IMG/VR virus record: IMGVR_UViG_3300027914_000334
Coordinates: 1-64,000 of that record
Direction: 5' to 3' (one strand)
Length of the DNA stretch: 64,000 nt
Origin: a virus
Lineage: Duplodnaviria > Caudoviricetes
In this document: piece by piece, positions 9,081 to 20,400 of the stretch
How positions within the stretch are numbered: position 1 is the stretch's first letter
Layout of the letters: every line of letters begins with the position of its first letter
Position numbers and translations under genes: made by a program
Notes under the pieces: generated by a model
The model's database searches: none
What the model was told of the DNA's origin: nothing
Seen by the model: only the letters and a program-made list of their open reading frames with translations

Positions 9081-9508
9081 TTAACAAGAGCAACCAAGTA
9101 CGACTTAACTGCGGCAGTAATATACTCAAGAACCATATCACCAACCAGATAAGACTTCAGGGTAGCGAGTTCTGGTTTCAGAATCTCCATAGCCTTAGCC
9201 GAAACCTTCGCAACCATGGCGGCTACTTCAGAATCATCAATCTTACCATCCTTGATAGCTTCGACGTATTCCTTGCGGAATACAACATTCTCTGCATCTA
9301 CGAGTGTGCTTACGATAACACCGACCTTCTTAATGGCATCTTTTACCCGCATAGATACCTTTTCTGACTTGATCTTTTCAGAAAGCTTCATAAGGTAATT
9401 GATGATGAATGGCATACATGCCGAAAGAGCAACAAGGAAAAGGATAATCAACACGCCAAGAATGAACAGAGAAGGCTGAGACGAAAGAATAGAAGTAATG
9501 TTTTGCAT
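9026..9508 (-). CDS. holin-like membrane protein (single N-terminal TM + helical domain)
   Basis: Hydrophobic LFILGVLIILFLVALSAC segment; in lysis region; AAGGAG RBS. Confidence 0.55.
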   Translation of the reverse strand: MQNITSILSSQPSLFILGVLIILFLVALSACMPFIINYLMKLSEKIKSEKVSMRVKDAIKKVGVIVSTLVDAENVVFRKEYVEAIKDGKIDDSEVAAMVAKVSAKAMEILKPELATLKSYLVGDMVLEYITAAVKSYLVALVNAKISDSKSLTSSPSETK

Positions 9509-9524
9509 ATATTTCTCCTTTATA

Positions 9525-10145
9525 TTACGGACGCTGAATAATATACTGAGTCCACTTATACTCTTGGTAGAACTTTTCTTCGTAGAAAGACGGCATGAAT
9601 TCCGATGTTACATCCTTGAATCCAGCCTTTTCAAACAACGGAAGCCAAAATCCAGCACCATAGCATGTGATATGAGTAGGATCATCACGATCTTCAAGCG
9701 GCTCGTCGGAATGTCCAAGAGTTGCTAAGTAAAGAATACAACCACGCTTAGAAATCCTGAATAATTCCTTGAATACGGAAGGCAATACGTCTTCTGGAAT
9801 GTGCTCGATTGTTTGTTGACTATGGATGAAGTCAAACGACTTAGTTGCGAAAGGCATCTTATTTGTATATGAGAACAACTTACCTTTCATATTTTCAAAA
9901 GGTGTATTTTCAACATACCAAGGCGAGCAATCAAGCCCAACCATATCAATGCCAGCATCGTTGAACGCCGATGTAGTAGCTCCAAGGGCACAACCAAAGT
10001 CCATAGCTTTTACACCGGGTTTCTTGATATCAGGAAACACCCTAGAAATAAATTCTACATACTGCTTCTGCCAATCGCCTTTACAAGTGAAATCCAATCC
10101 TTGCTTTGTCTTGGAAAATTCAGCATATTCTTTACCAAATTCCAT
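9525..10145 (-). CDS. class I SAM-dependent methyltransferase (paralog of 33423-34127)
   Basis: MDFGCALG motif I, GLDCS, FDFIHSQQTIEHI, DPTH. Confidence 0.85.
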   Translation of the reverse strand: MEFGKEYAEFSKTKQGLDFTCKGDWQKQYVEFISRVFPDIKKPGVKAMDFGCALGATTSAFNDAGIDMVGLDCSPWYVENTPFENMKGKLFSYTNKMPFATKSFDFIHSQQTIEHIPEDVLPSVFKELFRISKRGCILYLATLGHSDEPLEDRDDPTHITCYGAGFWLPLFEKAGFKDVTSEFMPSFYEEKFYQEYKWTQYIIQRP

Positions 10146-10157
10146 TATAATTACTCC

Positions 10158-10694
10158 TTATTTTGGTTCTTCGAACAATTGAATCTTACCATACTTGATA
10201 TCAAGAATGATAGGAAATAAATTCTTACCGGGGCAATCAGTCATCATGAATTCTTTGTGTCCATGAATACATTTTGGAATCTCCAACTGAATAAAAATGG
10301 TTTTAAGATAAATAATAAGTTCTTTGAGAGATTTAATCTGTTCTGGTGTTGGTTTCTCTACTTCAAAATTACCTATAATCATAATACCAATATTTCCGGT
10401 ATTATTGTTTTTTACATGCGCTCCAACAACATCAAACGGCCTACCCTGATAGATATCACCGTTTGGTGCTATTACGGCATGATAACTAATATCCGACCAA
10501 CCTCGACCATTCTGATGAAATGATTGAATTGCACGCATTGTCTTTGCACCTTCAAAGCAATTCAATTGGTGGATATCTGGATATGCGTCTGTTCCACCTT
10601 GATGGTGGACCGTGATTTTCCGAGGGAAATGTTTGATAAATGGAGTTCTAGGGCTTTTAGCCTTCCATTCTTCTCTGGTGATTATTTTGTTCAT
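10158..10694 (-). CDS. endolysin, N-acetylmuramoyl-L-alanine amidase (Amidase_2/PGRP-like)
   Basis: ITVHH, GWSDISYH, GR...GAH, GHKE...TDCPG Zn ligands. Confidence 0.93.
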   Translation of the reverse strand: MNKIITREEWKAKSPRTPFIKHFPRKITVHHQGGTDAYPDIHQLNCFEGAKTMRAIQSFHQNGRGWSDISYHAVIAPNGDIYQGRPFDVVGAHVKNNNTGNIGIMIIGNFEVEKPTPEQIKSLKELIIYLKTIFIQLEIPKCIHGHKEFMMTDCPGKNLFPIILDIKYGKIQLFEEPK

Positions 10695-10944
10695 CTATAC
10701 TCTTCCTTATCTGTAATCGTAAATTTTCTTGAGCTTTAATATCTGCATAATATTCTTTTGCTAATCTTGTAGATTCCTCACAATAACAATCTCCACAGAT
10801 TTGTGTATATTTATTAAATACAAATAACTCTTTTATAATACCACAGACGGAACATTTATGCTTCCAGCCTTGATTATAATCTACCTGAACTTCATTTGAT
10901 TGGTCGATAATATCATCTTGGAATTGATCTGGTAACTTTGACAT
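10657..10944 (-). CDS. small Zn-finger protein
   Basis: CSVC...CGDC; probable start MSKLPD. Confidence 0.5.
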   Translation of the reverse strand: MSKLPDQFQDDIIDQSNEVQVDYNQGWKHKCSVCGIIKELFVFNKYTQICGDCYCEESTRLAKEYYADIKAQENLRLQIRKSIDEQNNHQRRMEG

Positions 10945-11011
10945 TTGTTTTTCTTTTTTATTGCGAGTTTTTTCTTTAACATTCTTTGCTCGTTTTATGA
11001 GACTCGCCCCC

Positions 11012-11446
11012 TCACTTAAAAAACATGTCAAGCGTTATCCATCCTCCACCAAAACAGACAAGAAATATTATTACTTTTATAAAGTTGCCCCAAAATCCAG
11101 CGGGTAATCTCAAAAAAGATTTTTCATTTTTAACATCTTGAATATTTCTACAGTTTAAAAATTTTTCATCTAACATATTTCCAAACTGGATCATCAATAC
11201 TTTACAATGATCTTCGAATGCCATTGGAACATTTACTATAAACTGATTTACCGACTTATTCAACTCTTCTTGTTTGTTTTCTATACGAGAAAGGTGCTCT
11301 TTAAACATGGCAATCTCCCGTTCAACCGCATTAATACGAGTACCATGCTCGACTATCTCTTTGCGGATATCGATAATTGACTTATCGAGGTCAGCATGAG
11401 TTTTTTCCAAATGCAGTTTTAATACTTCTGGAATGTCCATAGTCAT
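11012..11446 (-). CDS. coiled-coil protein with C-terminal TM helix (holin/XhlA-like lysis protein)
   Basis: Heptad N-region, C-terminal VIIFLVCFGGGWITL; upstream of endolysin. Confidence 0.55.
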   Translation of the reverse strand: MTMDIPEVLKLHLEKTHADLDKSIIDIRKEIVEHGTRINAVEREIAMFKEHLSRIENKQEELNKSVNQFIVNVPMAFEDHCKVLMIQFGNMLDEKFLNCRNIQDVKNEKSFLRLPAGFWGNFIKVIIFLVCFGGGWITLDMFFK

Positions 11447-11529
11447 TTCTCCGGTATAATCTATATCTTAACTATACAAGCACATTTCTATAGCTTCACC
11501 AAGAATGTAACATGAAGCTACATTTTGTT

Positions 11530-12027
11530 TTATATGAATATATCTATTAAGACAGAATATAATTTTTGATACCAAGGAGTTATAGATTCTCCTTCTCCAA
11601 CAATATATGCGCACTGAGGCCAACCAGAATTGAATAGCTTTGTAAAATCACTTGGGAGAAATTTTCTAATTGTACCATCCCCATAATGAGCATATATAAA
11701 TTCGTCATTTTCCGCTGAAGATTTTGTCAAAACGATCCAATGTTGGTATAAGTATGGATTCTTGTCAAAATGTATCAGACACATCGTTTTGTTGGATGTA
11801 TAATTTCCAGACAAAATATCATCAATAGTTACCATTTTGTATTTTGTATGTAATTTATCCAACAATGAAAAGTGGTGATATGGCGAATCTTTCAAATTAT
11901 CACGGAAATCGTTGTAATTCTCCCAACCCCAGATATATTTAAGCTCATCATAATCTATCTGTAAAATGAAAGACAATGCACGTATTCCACAATCATATTT
12001 TGTTTTTTGTCTGTATGTTATGGTCAT
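11530..12027 (-). CDS. peptidase C39-like cysteine protease
   Basis: YRQKTKYDCG (Q-x4-DCG) and QHWIVL; ATG at 12027 just past a hairpin. Confidence 0.7.
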   Translation of the reverse strand: MTITYRQKTKYDCGIRALSFILQIDYDELKYIWGWENYNDFRDNLKDSPYHHFSLLDKLHTKYKMVTIDDILSGNYTSNKTMCLIHFDKNPYLYQHWIVLTKSSAENDEFIYAHYGDGTIRKFLPSDFTKLFNSGWPQCAYIVGEGESITPWYQKLYSVLIDIFI

Positions 12028-12034
12028 AAAACTT

Positions 12035-12060
12035 GGGGTGGTAGGAATTCCTACCACCCC
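12035..12060 (-). terminator. hairpin/terminator
   Basis: Perfect palindrome GGGGTGGTAGGAA/TTCCTACCACCCC. Confidence 0.7.
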
Positions 12061-12066
12061 TACTCC

Positions 12067-13062
12067 TTACGCGATTGCTGGTGGTTGTGAATCCGGAGCC
12101 GTGATATTTGGCTTTTGTTCTCTTTCAATTGCCTTCATCATTGAGTCTACGATCATATTGGATTTGAACTTCATACATTTGGCATTGAAAGGACACTTCC
12201 AAAGTTGGTCGTTTCCTACAAAGTCAAAGAGATAAGTATCTGGTCTTCCACAATGTAGATTGTTGCAAGCGTTTCCAACATCGAGATTGTTATTCTCAGA
12301 ATATCCAAGATTTACAGGACTCGTACCACCCCAAAGAACAACAGCATCCTTCTTACCAAGAGCCGCCCAAGCATGTTGGGCAAATGAGTCAATGAACAAC
12401 CCATGCTGGCACTTGTTAATAATGGCAAACAGATATCTCGCAGGAACTACCTGATTATTGAAAAGCTTGCTAATCGGAATAGCGTTCTGCAATTCCTTCT
12501 CGGAAGGAAGACCAATCTGGATAACACCAACACCCTTCTGAACAAGAGCCGTTACGATTTCCTGAGCAACATCATAAGGAAGATCGCGATAATGCTTCAT
12601 GCGAGTAGGATCATTTGCAGAATTTGGATCGTATAAAGAAGTACCACCGACATACTGGAAAGCAACCATAGGACGGTCGATTTTAAGCTGAGTCCAGATT
12701 GTATCAGCTACATTCTTTTCCTGCTCGTCTACAACGATAATACCATTCTTGCTCTTAGGAAGATCAAGACCAAGTTTCTGACACCATACATCTACGATAT
12801 GAGCTTTCTTATTTCTATAGTCATAATCAAGGTATGGCTCTGCTTCTAACACTTCAAAGTTCTTATGCTCGTCATAGAAATAAGGAACGGCCTTCAAAGG
12901 GAATACACGATCAACGAAATCAAGACCTACGAATACATCTGGATAGGAGCATTGAACGTGAATCTTGGCATCTGGGTACTTGTATCGAATCTGCTTTACA
13001 ACGGCAGTTGCGTTGATATTTCGACCAAGACCACCACCAGTACGAAACAGAATTTCCTTCAT
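12067..13062 (-). CDS. GT-B glycosyltransferase, GT9/heptosyltransferase-like
   Basis: GGLGRNI..TAV, YPD, IDSFAQHAWAALGK..VVLWGGTSP..LGY, C-terminal Cys cluster (ACNNLHC...CPFNAKCM). Confidence 0.8.
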   Translation of the reverse strand: MKEILFRTGGGLGRNINATAVVKQIRYKYPDAKIHVQCSYPDVFVGLDFVDRVFPLKAVPYFYDEHKNFEVLEAEPYLDYDYRNKKAHIVDVWCQKLGLDLPKSKNGIIVVDEQEKNVADTIWTQLKIDRPMVAFQYVGGTSLYDPNSANDPTRMKHYRDLPYDVAQEIVTALVQKGVGVIQIGLPSEKELQNAIPISKLFNNQVVPARYLFAIINKCQHGLFIDSFAQHAWAALGKKDAVVLWGGTSPVNLGYSENNNLDVGNACNNLHCGRPDTYLFDFVGNDQLWKCPFNAKCMKFKSNMIVDSMMKAIEREQKPNITAPDSQPPAIA

Positions 13063-13099
13063 AGTTAATCTCCATTTATTTTAAAATTATTCAGAAACA

Positions 13100-13134
13100 A
13101 GACAAGGGTATACCACAAGTGTATACCCTTGTCT
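13100..13134 (-). terminator. hairpin/terminator
   Basis: AGACAAGGGTATAC/GTATACCCTTGTCT stem followed by TGTTT on minus strand. Confidence 0.7.
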
Positions 13135-13143
13135 ATATGTTAA

Positions 13144-13491
13144 TTACAGAACATCAACGGCTCCAGAATAGTCTGGAAGAGACTTCACATACAGATAGAT
13201 CGCCTTCTTAACTACATCATCAAGAGTCTCACCTTCCGAAGCTGTAGGAATAGTAAGCTTGGAAGATTCAACGGAGAAAGGCTTGGAATTAACCCTCTTC
13301 AAACGTTGATCGTGAGGGGCTGGTTGATAATTCTCAGTCTCAGAATCCCTAGATTCCTTATCTGGATATGTAACAATGTCGAAATTAACCTTAGAACCTT
13401 CTATATGGACGTTATTAAGCTTAAAATAAGCATTTTCGAAGTTGAAATAGAGATTGTTATTTTCTCGCGAACTGAGCATCTTAAAACCCAT
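13144..13491 (-). CDS. tail-fibre-associated small protein (paralog of 13503-13844)
   Basis: F..AY.K, YP...SR, K.A.Y...K...D pattern shared with neighbour; downstream of fibre gene. Confidence 0.6.
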   Translation of the reverse strand: MGFKMLSSRENNNLYFNFENAYFKLNNVHIEGSKVNFDIVTYPDKESRDSETENYQPAPHDQRLKRVNSKPFSVESSKLTIPTASEGETLDDVVKKAIYLYVKSLPDYSGAVDVL

Positions 13492-13502
13492 AATATTTCT
13501 CC

Positions 13503-13844
13503 TTAAATTAAATCAATTCCTTGAGTCATGTCGATATAAACATTGGATGTTTTATTTATACATAAATTACTTTGCTTTTTCAACCAGTTATATGCTGCTT
13601 GTTTAATTCCATTCTTAGAAAAATCAACAAGTATTACTTCATTCAAAGGAACAATGATTGTCTTTTTAAGAATACTACAAGCACCTGTAGTATTTCTTGA
13701 ATCGGCAGAAGGATATCCGTTTAAATAAATCCACATCTCTTCATGCTCTGCTCTAATATCTACCTGAGATATTTTTAGATAAGCTGATTGAAATGGAAAC
13801 TTGATATCATTCTGCTCTTTTGTCAGAGAAATCTCAATAGCCAT
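13503..13844 (-). CDS. tail-fibre-associated small protein
   Basis: FPFQSAYLKI, YPSADSR, KQAAYNWLK; paralogous to neighbour. Confidence 0.6.
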   Translation of the reverse strand: MAIEISLTKEQNDIKFPFQSAYLKISQVDIRAEHEEMWIYLNGYPSADSRNTTGACSILKKTIIVPLNEVILVDFSKNGIKQAAYNWLKKQSNLCINKTSNVYIDMTQGIDLI

Positions 13845-14397
13845 GACACTTTACCACCTTCAAGTGAATTTCTATGGAGTTTACCACGTTATTATAGGTA
13901 CGTATAGCCATATCTAATTCATTTTGAGAAATCTTTCCAGAGAAGAATCGCTCTCTCCAATACGGATCAAGGTTATATTTAGCATAAATTTGTTTGAAAT
14001 TAATATTATAATCCAATCCAAGTGTTGAGTTTGAATATTTTTCACATTTACAGTAATTATTAAATGATTGATCGAAAAGAGAGAAAGTAGCCATTGTAAT
14101 ACATCTTACATGGGTTGGATCGGACTTAAAATCATCGTGATTATAATGAGGAACTATAATTTCAATAAATGCATCTGGTTTGCAGACTCTATAAATCTCT
14201 TTGAGTATATTAATAAATTGTTCTGGAGTTTGTCCTAGATGTTCAAGAACATGAATAGCTTTAATCTCATCAACTGAATTATCTTCAAAAGGCCAAGGAG
14301 TGACGTTCAAATCATGTTTAACATCAGGATTACCAGAAATATCAACATTTACATAACCATCTAATAACTTATTACCACAACCAAGATGTAATTTCAT
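13834..14397 (-). CDS. SAM-dependent methyltransferase (type 11-like)
   Basis: KLHLGCG, VNVD, DL...WPFEDNSVDEI...HVLEH, EIYRVCK, DPTHVR. Confidence 0.88.
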   Translation of the reverse strand: MKLHLGCGNKLLDGYVNVDISGNPDVKHDLNVTPWPFEDNSVDEIKAIHVLEHLGQTPEQFINILKEIYRVCKPDAFIEIIVPHYNHDDFKSDPTHVRCITMATFSLFDQSFNNYCKCEKYSNSTLGLDYNINFKQIYAKYNLDPYWRERFFSGKISQNELDMAIRTYNNVVNSIEIHLKVVKCHGY

Positions 14398-14409
14398 ATT
14401 AATACCCCT

Positions 14410-17400
14410 TTATTGTAATTTTGCTTCCAATGCAGAAAGACGATTATTTATACAATCAGTTAACGAACAAATGCAAGCTTTTAAGTCAGTAACGCAAGTA
14501 TCAAGTTCTTGTGCTGCTTTGAGTGCTATGCCATCAACAGGATATAAGTTGTCATTTTCAAATCTAAGTTTCCAAGCTTCTTGAACATCTTCAGCCACCG
14601 GTCCTATGAATTCATCATGTGTCAAATTATTATTATCTGTAAATGTCCATTTTTGAATTTTTATTGTTCTAAGACCATTCAACACATCTATATCTTCAAA
14701 ATTAGTCTTAATAGCCCTAGTAGATGCAGTATTCCATGCAGTATTACCACCACCAGAAATACCATTTACAACAACGGCATACATTCCATAGCAACATGTA
14801 GCTGTAAAATAACCACCATAACAACAAGCGCAACCATATACACCATATAAACAAGTAGCGCAACCATATACACCCGAATTAGCAGCTCCACCATAAGTAC
14901 CATAACTCCCGGCAGAAACTCCACGAACACCGTAATTCGTAGTAGCATACCCACAAACACCATAATTGTCAGCATATCCATATAATCCAACCCATTTAGC
15001 TTGTGATCGTATCCCCATTCCAAGACATGTGCATGTATTACAGAATATAGCAACATAGCAATTACACATTCCATTACATACACATAAATTATTACAAATC
15101 CAAGTCGATGTAGTACTACCACCTATCATCCACGATCCAGCACAATCAAGAATACCAAATGCATTACTATTTGTTCCATATATAGCACCCAACAAACAAC
15201 CACTACATGAATAAAATCTATGGTAAGCATAACTACAATTACCACTTCTTATATACAAACCACATGCATCTGCTTGGCATATTCTATTATTGGATATGTA
15301 TATATCTGGACTGTAAAATATATCTTGAACTTGCAGACACCCATAAACATAAGTACATTCACCCGTGCATCCACCACAAAGATAAAGAACAGCACCAGTA
15401 TCATTCTTTATACCACCACGCGCCATCATTAAATTCCGAGCATAAAAAGTCCCGCCGTTTACATACAAACCACCGGGCATTATCGTGTATGAGGCTGCAC
15501 AAATATATGGATTTGCACACGCAAAACATAACAGAGAATTTTTCAGTTCAAATTGTCCACATGCATATGCTCTGTTAATAGAATAATCAAATTTAATACA
15601 CGCAGAACATGTTGTTAATGTATTATATCCACAAAGACCATTTTTACTCATACAATTTATACAATAAGTCGAACCACAAATATATGCCGTTATAATTATT
15701 CCATCTATTACACTAGAAGTATTATATCCAGCACATGCGGTAAATCCTTTAGCATAAATATTAGCATAACCATTACAAATTCCATTGTAGAATATATAAC
15801 GACATATAGGACAACTGCCTTTACTACCACGGTAATTAATATATAACGCTCCTGTTGAACAATATCCATATGCTATAGTTGTTTCATTTCCATGTTCAAC
15901 ACATTTGGTTACATTATAATTAGATACCAAACTTCCATCATATTTCGCTATTCTATACCATGTATTCCATGTATTACAATTACATGCAATTCTCATCCAG
16001 ACATTACCATTGTCTGTAAAGCCAAGTTGCATTGGCAAACCACCACTCATATCACATCCAGAACCATACTTTCTAATAGTCATCACTCCTGAGTATGTTC
16101 CACCATCTGATAATCCGGCGCATGTATTTGATATGAAAGACAAGTAGATACCACCGGGACAATGATATGGTAACAATACACAATTTCTAATATCTTGATA
16201 ATAAACGTAACAAGAACCACCATATATTGTTCCACAAATACCATTCGGAATAATAACAGCACCAGAAGCACAAATATATGGATTTGCTTTTTCCCAATAA
16301 AGACCACAATTATCTAAGCACATTCTTGTAACACCAGCACAACACCACCATATACAGTGACTACAATAAAAACTATTTGCATTACTACCAGCAGTAGTAT
16401 ATAGCCATAAATGTCCTCTCCACATAGTAGCTTCACAACAAGATTGGTCTATATAAGGTAATTTTTTACGATCTATTGTAGATATGAAACCATCAGATAT
16501 ACTACTACTACATACACCATTTATACAACAATAACACAAACACGTACAGCATAACATACAATAACAACATGATGAAAAATTAATAGACGATGGGTATAAT
16601 AACGCACAATAATGATAAAATAATCCACATGCACTATCACTAGTTGGGTAATAAACCCTACATAAAAATAACTGTTGTTCTCCTGAAGCATTTGTAAATT
16701 CTGATTTGCCTATTTGATACATAGACCCACTATAATTTGTGCATATATACATATCTATACCTGTATTATTTATACAAAAATATGAATTTGCATTACATGA
16801 ATAAATACCACAAGCATTAATATTAAACGCGGCAATACAACCAGAACATGAACATAATGCTCCACCGAACGTACCGGCTGTAGCACAGATAGTTCCCTTC
16901 AATACAAGATCACAACCATCAAAATACAAATTAGGATTGCAATCACCACCAAGTTTTATAATCCCGGTTGTTAAATCTATACAGGTTCCACAATTATCTC
17001 CCCAATTGGAAGACTGAAGAAGTCCACCAAAGATATTACCGTTATTTGTCCACAAACCATATCCAGAAAGTCCTGCAATACCAGAAAGATTCCCAAGTCT
17101 TACCTGCGGTGTTAAGCAACACCATGGACATGAACCATTGGTGAATATATCTATAAATGGACTATTACTTCCTTGTCCGTTTAAAAGAATGGCCCCGGAT
17201 GTATTGGTAGCTGGTCCATAATTAGCAACAGCAATTCCGGATGGAACAGTACTCGAAGCATTTCCACTCATTAATTGAACGCAATAGGAGTAATACCCGG
17301 TACACGCAGTAGAACTTACTACTTTAACCCACATTTCGCGTATACCAGAACTATTAAACGTTTTGATTCTTAATATATCATTATTTGCAAAAACTATTCC

Positions 17401-20400
17401 GATTCCGGCTGGACTATTTTTAATACACAATATATTACAAGCATTTAGCGCAGGACTTGTCCAGCAGTTTGCAAGAATACCTGCTTCTGCCACTATCATT
17501 TGACCGCCAATAGCAGTTATTTCGTCATATGCAAATACACTTGATCTTAGTTCTCCACGAACAATTACGTTATTAAATTCAGAGTTGCCATAACAGTTAA
17601 TACACCATCCACGAAGACCGCTTACGAAATCAGATGTATAAATGGCACCACTGGAATTTATTGTTATATTATTTCCATAAATGCACGTTTCGTTAAAATT
17701 CCACCCAGCTATTGTAGCGCATAATGCGCTACCACAACTGTTGGTATGAACTTGGAATATTGTGTTCGATGCTGTATTTACTATAATTCCAAATCTACCA
17801 GAAAGGTAGGAGTAATTATAATTCATCAAACAATTACCAATGGTTATATTAGAGGCAACAGTATAATTACACAAAGAAGCTAAGAATATTCTTGGATAAT
17901 AGGAATCTAGTTCTATTGCTCCGTAACCATTATAACTACCAAGCCAATTTGAACAGATGCACCAACCGGCTATTTTACCATCCGTGCTACAAATAGTTCC
18001 TGAAATCGTTGCATTTGATGCATAAAGATTTCCGGTGTTTGTAACTCTAAATGGTGCTAATGTAGGTGTAGAACAACCAGCATAAAATGAAACAGTTCCA
18101 GCAGTAGCACAAGAATCCATTCCAACATTTCCAGAATAGAGATTAGTAGCACCAATGCACCATCCACCGATATGACCTGTGCAAGCACATACATATCCAG
18201 CGATACAGGCGTTTTGCGCTGTCAATGCTCCTGTAGCAGAATCAAGTTGGAAATTCTTTACAGCACCGTTCCATCCTTCGATACCAGCGGCAGTAATCTT
18301 AATACCAGAAACACAACCATCACCAGCATGGCAAGCTGTTCTAATGTCCTTACCTACGATCTGTTGTGATGTAATAGTTTCTGATGTAATAGCACCAGCG
18401 ACTATATCCTTTGTGTCAATCTTCATAGGAACAACCATAGAAGACCAAGAAGAATATGCGCTTGCGTTGTTGCTATTATCAAATGCCTTTACACGATAGA
18501 ACCAACAACTATAAGCATTATCTGGTTGTATATCGCTATATAGTTGCGTTTTAACATGGTCATTTAATACTGTAATATGAGCTAAATCTGGCGCACCGTC
18601 TACTGCGATTGCTCTTTCTACAGAGAAATGATTGAAGTCAGCAGGAATACCACCAGTTATATTTATAAGTAATGAAGCACCATTTATAATGCTTTGTGCA
18701 GTAACCGTAGGAAGACCGGGGGCTGATAAGTCACCTGTAATCGTAAGATATGTTTCAGCACCGGGCTGGCCTTTATAGTGAGTATCACCAGCAGAAATAG
18801 CTATTGGTGAATAAACACCTGTTGGTGATAACGTAACAGCACGAATGTAATAATTACCAGATTCTTTATCCCATATATAACTATGAGTTCCAGATGTAGC
18901 CATCTGGGTAAAGTATTCAAAGTTCGCATCTCCAACTTTCTTTCTGAAAAATACCACATATTGAGCATTTGAAGTTGGTTTTGTTGCTGTAAGATTTAAT
19001 GTTACCTGTGTAGTTCCATCTGTTCGTATACTTGCACTCGCTGTAACATTAAAATTTGTAGGCTTTGCAGGAATAGCATACATAGAAGGAGGAACAACTG
19101 GAGTTGGATATGTGATAGAAATAGCAGTATAGTCGTAAACTGTAGCATCGTATTCTTTAAGCTTTAATACAGTCTTAGTATCAGATTTTGACATTTCCAC
19201 AACAGTAAATGATTTATAAGTCCATAAGAATTTTGGAGCATTTACCAATACAACCTTACCAATATCCAGAGAATCTGGAATATCAACTTCGGTCGTTATA
19301 GTAACTGTTTTAAGTTGATTGAGCTTTTTCTTAAAATAATACTGTCCCAATCTAGCCGCAGTAACTTCGTCTTGAACAAGAGGAAGCTCAATCTTATCAT
19401 TGTTCCATTTATTTATTCTAAGAGCATGGGTTGAATTTTCTGTATAAATGGAAGCGGGGTCTGGAATCTTGTCATACTTTCCAGTTTCATGATTTCTACC
19501 AAATTCAACTTTTAATCTGTTAATTTGTTGAGACAAATCTGGTTCGTTCCAAGGTTCTACTATACAATGATATCCATTTTCGCCAGTCTCATCGAATGTT
19601 GCAACTGACGCCCCTCTTGCTTTATCGATAGAAAGGGTATATTTCCCATTTTCTTCTGTGAAAATACCACGACATGATTTAGCAAGCTCATCAACCCATT
19701 CTCTTCCTTCTTGTCGAGTATTTATAATGCCATCTACTTTGAATCCAAGAGCGGCACTATCTATAATGGCTTGAGTGCAATCTACAAGAGATACAGGAAT
19801 ACCAAGCCCCCAACCATTCGGCCCACCACCACTTATATTTCTTGCCGTAGTTGGGTTTGTAAGCAACCAATATGCTAATTGCGCTGGATTTCTTTCTGCA
19901 TCTGTTCTACCGGAATTTACGATACCTGACACATCAACAAATACTTCTGGGTCTGTATTGTCTGTCATTTGTGGCTTAACGGGATCGCCAGTGACCGCAT
20001 CGTAAAATTCGATATATGCCATACCGGGGTAAACAGAAGTATGGCTACCAAATTCATCAGTCACAGTTTCCAGAGAACCACCCCAACCTTTGCCTTTGAA
20101 AATACGCACCTTTATACCGTTGGAGTTTATGTCTGGACTATAACCATTAACTACAGGATTTGCATCTCCGTCATAAATAATTTCTGTATCAAAATACACT
20201 TTATGAACTTTGTATATTTCACCACTACCAATTCCATAGCGATGATAAACATAGTCAAAAGGAATAAGCTTATGGCGTCTTGCAGTTCCGAAAATAATAG
20301 GCACAGCATCCCAAGAATCATTGATACCCATATCTGAGTAATAATCATAAGCGATTTGCTCGTCTGGGATTGGCTGTGCCAAATATGGCAAAATACTTTC

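Noticed and set aside
14410-18333. Diversity-generating retroelement or alternative genetic code as the cause of Cys enrichment
   Set aside because: No reverse transcriptase or template/variable repeat pair seen. Cys uses ordinary TGT/TGC, other genes have normal Cys content, and TAA/TAG/TGA all end genes normally.
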